Positions 58,319-64,000 of a stretch of 64,000 nucleotides of DNA are shown here, piece by piece; the first letter of the stretch is position 1; each line of letters opens with the position of its first letter. The position numbers and the translations under genes were made by a program. This DNA is from an uncultured Planctomycetales bacterium (lineage in GTDB: Bacteria > Omnitrophota > Gorgyraeia > Gygaellales > Profunditerraquicolaceae). The stretch is taken from assembly GCA_964603585.1 (NCBI GenBank), contig CAZRVK010000003.1, positions 67,693 through 131,692 of the forward strand. The letters are read 5' to 3'. The notes beneath the pieces were generated by a model. It saw only the letters and a program-made list of their open reading frames with translations, made no database searches and was not told the DNA's origin.

Positions 58319-58975
58319 TTAGGATTTGCAGTAAATCACAAAACTCATGATTATTAAATTGCCTCTTTTATCAGATTGCAACGAACCAAGTTTAATATCC
58401 GGGAACTCTTTAACAAAATCCGCGTCTTTTTTCAGCGCTTCCACGAATTGGGTGATCGAAGAGATTATCTCTGGTTCAACAAGAGATGTAGCCGAGCCTT
58501 TTATAGTCAATATCGTATTTGTCTGCGGTTTTGCCTTAAGGTCGGCCTTTGAACTATCCGGCTTTGTAGTTTTTGATTCCAGGTTTATATTGGTTAGCCA
58601 TACTTGCGCCGGAAGAAGTTTGTGGATCAGGTAAAGTTTTTGTGTCCAGATGGTCTTGTTTTGAGAATTTTCTTTTAAGAATGCGATCGAGCCTTCGATT
58701 TCTTTTTTCTTGGCAGTGAGTTCATCCAGTTTCTTCCTGCCGGTCTTTAATTCAGTGCTTTTTTTGTTCAATTCGGCAAGTTTCTTTTCGTTGCCGTTTA
58801 CCTGCACGAACAGGCCGCCGAGGATCAGCAGGAATAAAGGGACGATGATAACTAAAGGTAATTTAAAAGGTATTTCTGGCGACAATTGGGGGATAACGGG
58901 GGCTTTAGTATCCTTTTTGGTAGGATGCGGTGATTTCTTTACGGTTTCCGGAAGTAAATTTATCAGTGGCATCAA
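58319..58975 (-). CDS. pilN: PilN-like inner-membrane pilus assembly protein
   Basis: N-terminal PINLLPE (the PilN INLLP motif), TM helix, coiled coil. Confidence 0.6.
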   Translation of the reverse strand: MMPLINLLPETVKKSPHPTKKDTKAPVIPQLSPEIPFKLPLVIIVPLFLLILGGLFVQVNGNEKKLAELNKKSTELKTGRKKLDELTAKKKEIEGSIAFLKENSQNKTIWTQKLYLIHKLLPAQVWLTNINLESKTTKPDSSKADLKAKPQTNTILTIKGSATSLVEPEIISSITQFVEALKKDADFVKEFPDIKLGSLQSDKRGNLIIMSFVIYCKS

Positions 58976-59027
58976 GGTATCCTGCCCGGCCTTTTGTATC
59001 GCAATGCCGCAAAAGGGGAAGGCATCT

Positions 59028-59216
59028 TTATGGAAGAATCAACTTGTTTTTATAATGCAAGATATTTTCTATGTCTTTTTTAGTGAATATCCTGTGCCCG
59101 TTACGGTCTCTTTTGACTTCCGGGATCTTTTTATTCCAGAACCATAAAAAAAGCGTGGTACGAGAGATGCCTATTTTTTTAAGAACATCTTTGGTTTTTA
59201 AATATTTGTTTTCCAT
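59028..59216 (-). CDS. AlpA/MerR-like HTH (excisionase-family) small DNA-binding protein, 62 aa
   Basis: YLKTKDVLKKIGISRTTLFLWFWNKKIPEVKRDRNGHRIFTKKDIENIL fits the AlpA-type winged HTH pattern. First gene upstream of pilN on the minus strand. Confidence 0.5.
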   Translation of the reverse strand: MENKYLKTKDVLKKIGISRTTLFLWFWNKKIPEVKRDRNGHRIFTKKDIENILHYKNKLILP

Positions 59217-59318
59217 TTTTTGGGATCACTGGCTATTTTTTATATACCTTAATATAGTTAAGCATAGACTACTATGATTAATAAGTATTGTCAAGCAGTT
59301 TTTTTCAATTAAAAATAC

Positions 59319-59347
59319 TTGACTTGTGCGGGCTTTAGTAGTATAAA
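59319..59347 (+). promoter_or_regulatory. Candidate sigma-70-type promoter for the ROK-family gene, in a divergent intergenic region
   Basis: TTGACT (59319..59324), 17-nt spacer, TATAAA (59342..59347). Partial inverted repeat ATTGTCAAG / CTTGACttg nearby. Confidence 0.45.
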
Positions 59348-59411
59348 TTAAAATAACAAAAAATATATGGACTGATGTGCCGGTATACCTAAACCTAAGG
59401 GAATCAAATAA

Positions 59412-60647
59412 ATGCAAACCTTGGATTTTAAGAAAGAAGAATTGAACGAAAAGGAAAAACGTAATATTACCATCCTTGATATCTTAAGAAGGCGCGGCCC
59501 CATCAGCCGCCCTGATATTTCACGCTCAATGGGGATCAATGTCGTTACCATCTCCAATTATATCGATGATTTCATAAAACATAATCTGGTGTATGAAAAA
59601 GAACTGGATGTCTCCGAGGGTGGGAGGCGTCCGACTTTGCTTGACCTGAATAACCAGGCCGGTTATATTATCGGCGTGGGGCTGAACTTAATGAATATGG
59701 TGGGGATCCTGGTGGATCTCAAAGGTAATATTGTTACTAAAACCCAGATCGCCCGTCCACGTCCTTCGGTCAAGGATATTACCGAATGCGTGCTGGAGAT
59801 CATCCGTGAAATACTCCGCCGTTCGAAGGAGTATACCGGCAGTATAAAAGGCGTAGGCGTGGGGATAGCCGGTTTAGTCAATAAAAGGGATGGCTCTATA
59901 CACTGGCCACAGAAAATGGACCATTATTACACCTATGCTTCAGTAGATCTTCCTTTGCGTAATCTTATTGAAAAAGAATTTAATCTGCCGACGATGATCG
60001 AGAATGACGCGACCTGCGCCTGTTTCGGCGAGCATTGGCTTGATTTAGCCCGTGAGTTAAAGAATGTCATTTATATGTTCTCTGGTGTAGGCTGCGGGAT
60101 CATGATCAACGGTGAGATCTATACCGGTGCCCGCGGATACGCGGGAGAAATCTCCATTTATAATTTTATGGAACAGGATTCTCTTAAATGCCAGATGGAT
60201 CAAGGTTGTTTCATGAAAAGGTGGGAGATGGATATAGGTATTCTTGATGATGCCCGGTCAATGTTGAACCGGGATAAAATTGCCGCCGAGAAATTCTTCC
60301 GGCTTACCTCCAGCAATATAAATAATGTTGACCTGAAAAGTGTGTTTATTGCTAACCGCGCCAATGACCCGATAGCCCGTTCGGCTTTGAATTTGGCTGC
60401 CAAGCGCCTGGGGATGAAGATCGCATTCCTGGTGAATTTGTTGAACCCAGAAGTTGTAATTATCGGAGGCGGTTTGGAGGATGCCGGAGAGGAATTCTTA
60501 AGCACTGTAAATTCCACTGTTAAAGAATGGTCGTTTCGAGAAACTACCGAGGGCTTGGGAATAGTTTATTCCGAACTTAGGGAGAATGCGGTGGCCCAAG
60601 GCGCGGCAAGTTTGGTGATGCAAAAAGTATTTGCCCAATTGCTTTGA
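59412..60647 (+). CDS. ROK-family protein (NagC/XylR-type repressor or sugar kinase) with N-terminal winged HTH
   Basis: N-terminal HTH ILDILRRRGPISRPDISRSMGINVVTISNYI. ROK signatures GVGLNL..., ENDATCACFGEHW, FSGVGCGIMINGEIYTGARGYAGEI. Confidence 0.75.
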   Translation: MQTLDFKKEELNEKEKRNITILDILRRRGPISRPDISRSMGINVVTISNYIDDFIKHNLVYEKELDVSEGGRRPTLLDLNNQAGYIIGVGLNLMNMVGILVDLKGNIVTKTQIARPRPSVKDITECVLEIIREILRRSKEYTGSIKGVGVGIAGLVNKRDGSIHWPQKMDHYYTYASVDLPLRNLIEKEFNLPTMIENDATCACFGEHWLDLARELKNVIYMFSGVGCGIMINGEIYTGARGYAGEISIYNFMEQDSLKCQMDQGCFMKRWEMDIGILDDARSMLNRDKIAAEKFFRLTSSNINNVDLKSVFIANRANDPIARSALNLAAKRLGMKIAFLVNLLNPEVVIIGGGLEDAGEEFLSTVNSTVKEWSFRETTEGLGIVYSELRENAVAQGAASLVMQKVFAQLL

Positions 60648-60718
60648 TAGATAAGTTAAGCGGAATAGTTATTTTAATCAGGCATATTTTATAAGCCACT
60701 GATCATTATCAAGGAGGA

Positions 60719-61894
60719 ATGATGGAGCAGAAAGCCAAGATTGTCATAATTGCACTTGCAGGGCTTTTAGTAATAAGCGTCTTCTTTGCTATACAATTAT
60801 ATGCTTCAGGGCAAAGGTTATTAAAAGAAAATATGAGTTTAACCAGCGAAAAAACGGCTTTAGATGAAAAGTTGAATAAAGTAGTTAAGGATTACCGCAA
60901 GTTAGAGGAAAAAGCTAATTCCCTGAATCAACATGTGGAGCGCGTTACTAAGGAAAAAGATCAATTGCAGACCCAGTTCGATCTGGTCAATAAGGCCAAC
61001 CAGGATTTGGTTGAACGCTTAAAGTCGGTTAAAGAAAAAGTCGAAACACAGGCAGAAGCGGTTGCTGCCGCTCCCGCGCTGGGTTCCAACGATGCCTATT
61101 GGGCAGGGATCCTTAAGGCTAAGGCTAATCTCGAGATGCAGTTGGAAACGTTACGCAGCCAGTTGAAGACCGCACAGATCAATGCGGAGCAGTTGCAGAG
61201 GGAAAAGAGTGCGTTGAGCTTAGAACTCAATAATCTGAATCTTGAAAAACAGAATTTGAACAGGCAATTGGAGTATAGCCAGAAGCAGTTGGGTTACAGC
61301 CAAAAAGCCATTGATAATATTACTTTAGAGCTGGTTGGAGAGAAAAACGATAAATTGCAGATCGATGAGAATTTAAAGACGGTCAAGAATGAGAGTGCGC
61401 TTTTAAGAAGGCAATTAAAGAGTTTAAACGCCCGCAAGGTCGCCTTAGAAAGGAAGATCCAGGAGTTACAAGAGGAAAACAAGAAGTTTGACCGCAGATT
61501 CACCGATATGGATATCCTGCTTAAGGATAAAGCGATCCAGATAGAATCTTTGAAAAAAAGCCTGGCTTTGGGTGGTGTCGTAGAACAAAAAAGCGGGCAA
61601 AGTCAGGATTCATCTGTCGAGTTGCCTACGATAGTGGTACGTCCGCAATCAGAAACCTCTTTGCAGCAGCCTTTATCTGCCACAGCTAAGGTGGTGGCGG
61701 TAAATAAGGACAATAATTTCGTGATTATTGACCTTGGGGAAGACTCCGGAGTGAGAATAGGAGATACCTTCAGGGTGTTTAAGAATGAGGCGGTTATCGC
61801 TAATCTCGAAGTTATGCAGGTTCGTAAAGGTATCTCTGCTTGTGATATTAAGAAGGAAAGCGCTCCTATTAGTGTAGGTGATGCAGTCAGGTAA
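60719..61894 (+). CDS. Membrane-anchored long coiled-coil protein with a small C-terminal beta-domain (NfeD/OB-like?)
   Basis: RBS AAGGAGG. One N-terminal TM helix. About 270 aa of heptad-rich sequence with an internal LEYSQKQLGYSQKA repeat. C-terminal VVAVNKDNNFVIIDLGEDSGVRIGDTFRVF. Confidence 0.45.
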   Translation: MMEQKAKIVIIALAGLLVISVFFAIQLYASGQRLLKENMSLTSEKTALDEKLNKVVKDYRKLEEKANSLNQHVERVTKEKDQLQTQFDLVNKANQDLVERLKSVKEKVETQAEAVAAAPALGSNDAYWAGILKAKANLEMQLETLRSQLKTAQINAEQLQREKSALSLELNNLNLEKQNLNRQLEYSQKQLGYSQKAIDNITLELVGEKNDKLQIDENLKTVKNESALLRRQLKSLNARKVALERKIQELQEENKKFDRRFTDMDILLKDKAIQIESLKKSLALGGVVEQKSGQSQDSSVELPTIVVRPQSETSLQQPLSATAKVVAVNKDNNFVIIDLGEDSGVRIGDTFRVFKNEAVIANLEVMQVRKGISACDIKKESAPISVGDAVR

Positions 61895-61936
61895 TTTGTA
61901 ATTCGCTGTCTTCTATCTTATATTAAACAGGGTTTT

Positions 61937-61962
61937 GCCGGAGTAATATCCGGCTTATTCTT
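61937..61962 (+). terminator. Candidate rho-independent terminator after the coiled-coil gene
   Basis: GCCGGAgtaataTCCGGC hairpin (6-bp stem) followed by the T-rich ttattcttcg. Confidence 0.35.
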
Positions 61963-61994
61963 CGTCAGAAATATAAACCGTCTTTATATTAATT

Positions 61995-63020
61995 GTGCGT
62001 AAAAAGATCTCTCCCTCCCAGAGTATTTCTATTGAAGATGTTGCTCGCGCTTCAGGTGTTTCGGTAGCTACAGTTTCCCGGGTCATCAATAAACTCTCTT
62101 CAGTTAAAGACAAGAACCGGATTAAGGTGTTGGAGGCAGTAAAGAAGCTGAATTTTCATCCTTCGGTATTTGCGCAACGCCTGGCTACCGGTAAAACCAA
62201 TACTATTGCCCTGGTAATTCCGCGTTATGAGGGGATGTTCTATTCTTTTTATGTGTTAGAGCTTATTCGTGGTATCGGGACTCTATGCGAAGTTTTAAAA
62301 CTGGATTTGTTGCTTCATTTAGCTGATGCACACCTGCCGTTTAATTTAACCGGCACCGGAGGAGTGATCTTTGCCGATATTATCGCTAATCGCCAGCAGC
62401 TTGATGAAGCCATCGCCAGCGGTATTCCTTGCGTTGTGATCAATAATTATGTCGAGGACCTGGATGTGAATTGTATTGCCGTGGATAATGTCGGCGGGGC
62501 GGAAACCGCGGTTGATTACCTCATAAGCCTGGGGCATAAAAAGATCGGGCATATCGCCGGGGATTTGATCACACAGGCTGCTTCTCAACGTCTCGAGGGT
62601 TATCGGCGGTCACTGAAGAAGAATAATATCCCTTTGAATGAAGATTATATAATTAAAACTGACTACTCACGAGGTCAGGCTCGTCAGGCAGCAGAACGTT
62701 TGATCTCTATGCCGGATGCGCCTACCGCATTTTTTGTGGCCTCGGACTCTATGGCACTTGAGGCAATGGCGGTTGCCAGGGAAAAAGGCAGGAATATCCC
62801 GGCGGATATTTCGATTGTGGGATTTGATGATAATCCTTCCGGGCTTTACGGCCCAGTGGCTTTGACGACTGTCAGGCAGCCTTTAGTGAGGATGGCCCAG
62901 ATGAGTGTAGAGCAGTTGAACCTTATTATTGGGCAGAAGAAAATTCCTAAAGCAAAAAAAATTGTATTACCCGCAGAGTTGGTTATAAGAGAATCTTGCC
63001 GGGCATTAGGTGCGGTTTAA
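61995..63020 (+). CDS. LacI-family transcriptional regulator (GTG start)
   Basis: N-terminal HTH SIEDVARASGVSVATVSRVIN. Periplasmic-binding-protein-like sugar-binding core. Confidence 0.8.
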   Translation: MRKKISPSQSISIEDVARASGVSVATVSRVINKLSSVKDKNRIKVLEAVKKLNFHPSVFAQRLATGKTNTIALVIPRYEGMFYSFYVLELIRGIGTLCEVLKLDLLLHLADAHLPFNLTGTGGVIFADIIANRQQLDEAIASGIPCVVINNYVEDLDVNCIAVDNVGGAETAVDYLISLGHKKIGHIAGDLITQAASQRLEGYRRSLKKNNIPLNEDYIIKTDYSRGQARQAAERLISMPDAPTAFFVASDSMALEAMAVAREKGRNIPADISIVGFDDNPSGLYGPVALTTVRQPLVRMAQMSVEQLNLIIGQKKIPKAKKIVLPAELVIRESCRALGAV

Positions 63021-63094
63021 AAGGCGTTCCTCGACTCGTGATACAATATGTGGTAGATGGTCTGGCTCTTGGCACCATGGGTTGTATTTTTTTG

Positions 63095-63123
63095 TTGACA
63101 GCAATTTGAGCGGATGATATACT
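63095..63123 (+). promoter_or_regulatory. Near-consensus sigma-70-type promoter upstream of nrdJ
   Basis: TTGACA (63095..63100), 17-nt spacer, TATACT (63118..63123). GAGGTG RBS at 63158, ATG at 63168. Confidence 0.5.
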
Positions 63124-63167
63124 TCAATACAATTAATCTAACTTCCCTTTAACTTGCGAGGTGAAAG

Positions 63168-64000
63168 ATGGCGTTAAAATTATCGGACAATGCTTTAAAG
63201 GTGCTAAAGAGGCGGTATTTAAAGAAGGACCAGTTCGGCAATGTTGTAGAAACGCCCGAAGAGATGTTCCGCCGGGTGGCCTCTGCTGTAGCTTTGGCAG
63301 ATAAGTCTTACGGACGTACCGAAAGGGATATACGGGAGACGGAGGAGGCATTTTATCAGATCATGACTGCATTGGAATTTATCCCTAACTCTCCGTGTCT
63401 TATGAATGCTGGACGGGACCTTGGGCAGTTAAGCGCCTGTTTTACCCTTCCGATCGACGATTCCATGGAATCTATCTTCGAGACTTTAAAGGCTACGGCG
63501 ATGATCCATAAGTCCGGCGGCGGGACAGGGTTTTCTTTTTCCCGCCTGCGCCCGAAAAACTCCGTGGTCAAGACTACCGGCGGGGTTGCTTCAGGGCCGG
63601 TGTCTTTTATGAAGGTGTATGATTCTGCAACGGAGGCGGTAAAACAAGGAGGAACGCGCCGCGGGGCGAATATGGGGATCTTAAGGGTGGATCATCCAGA
63701 TATTATCGAGTTCATCGGCTGTAAAGAGAACAATAAACAAATCAATAATTTCAATATTTCTGTTGCGATTACCGACGAGTTCATGGAGAAAGTGAAAAAC
63801 GGCGGTGATTATGATTTGATCGAGCCGCATTCCGGCGAGGTAGTGGAGAAGCTTAATGCTAAAGAAGTATTTGATCTTATCGTAAAGCAGGCGCATAAAA
63901 ATGGAGAGCCGGGGGTTATTTTTATTGACCGTATTAATCAATATAATCCTACCCCTAAGCTTGGCAAGATCGAAAGTACCAACCCTTGCGGAGAGCAGCC
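63168..64000 (+). CDS. nrdJ: Class II (adenosylcobalamin-dependent) ribonucleotide reductase, N-terminal part (continues beyond window)
   Basis: [18 protein letters not shown]..., [33 protein letters not shown]. These are hallmark RNR class II/I active-site segments in order. No stop before the window end. Confidence 0.8.
   Translation, partial: MALKLSDNALKVLKRRYLKKDQFGNVVETPEEMFRRVASAVALADKSYGRTERDIRETEEAFYQIMTALEFIPNSPCLMNAGRDLGQLSACFTLPIDDSMESIFETLKATAMIHKSGGGTGFSFSRLRPKNSVVKTTGGVASGPVSFMKVYDSATEAVKQGGTRRGANMGILRVDHPDIIEFIGCKENNKQINNFNISVAITDEFMEKVKNGGDYDLIEPHSGEVVEKLNAKEVFDLIVKQAHKNGEPGVIFIDRINQYNPTPKLGKIESTNPCGEQ

Noticed and set aside
1-64000. tRNA/rRNA genes, CRISPR arrays, IS elements or integrases
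   Set aside because: No cloverleaf-compatible segments, no regularly spaced direct repeats and no transposase/integrase-like ORFs were seen. The only phage-like gene is the 62-aa AlpA-type HTH, which is not flanked by recombinase or att-like repeats.

Overview
This 64 kb window appears to come from a low-GC (about 43-45%, estimated by eye) uncultured bacterium. A single stop-free reading frame (16..27435, + strand) dominates it, encoding a predicted protein of at least 9,139 aa. The frame is open back to nt 1, so the gene is probably truncated at the 5' edge of the window. Neighbouring genes terminate with TAA, TAG and TGA, so stop-codon reassignment does not explain the giant frame.

The giant ORF is a mosaic of recognisable domains that are normally stand-alone enzymes or regulators. 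These include two complete sigma-70-like modules (regions 2-4), two or three GNAT-like acetyltransferase domains, a CPBP/CAAX intramembrane protease, a receiver-like domain, an alpha/beta hydrolase, a trypsin-like serine protease (GDSGSP), a TrmB-like methyltransferase, a transglutaminase-like cysteine protease core, a CheB-like methylesterase, HTH-XRE domains, a GH13 (alpha-amylase-family) catalytic core, a Glu/Leu/Phe/Val-dehydrogenase-like NAD(P) domain and a C-terminal NPPW methyltransferase. Many predicted transmembrane helices and a repeated 'TM helix + NPRGPP(QDK)' module are interspersed.

Downstream lies a conventional, densely packed set of + strand genes. They comprise a tandem-PilZ protein and a CUT1-type sugar ABC uptake cluster (binding protein plus two permeases, no ATPase), followed by two paralogous clan GH-A-like TIM-barrel hydrolases and a tandem-duplicated CBM-like secreted protein. 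Then comes a type IV pilus (T4P) locus: two PilB-like ATPases, a GGDEF-STAND-HEAT protein, a stand-alone MshEN-like domain protein, pilC and four prepilin-like genes. It also holds two unusually large PilX_N-domain proteins (816 and 980 aa, the latter with dockerin-like Ca-binding repeats). A minus-strand operon follows, ordered AlpA-like HTH / pilN-pilO-pilP-pilQ-pilM, which is non-canonical. The window ends with a ROK regulator, a coiled-coil protein, a LacI-family regulator and the 5' part of a class II (B12-dependent) ribonucleotide reductase. I found no tRNA or rRNA genes, CRISPR arrays or transposase/integrase genes.
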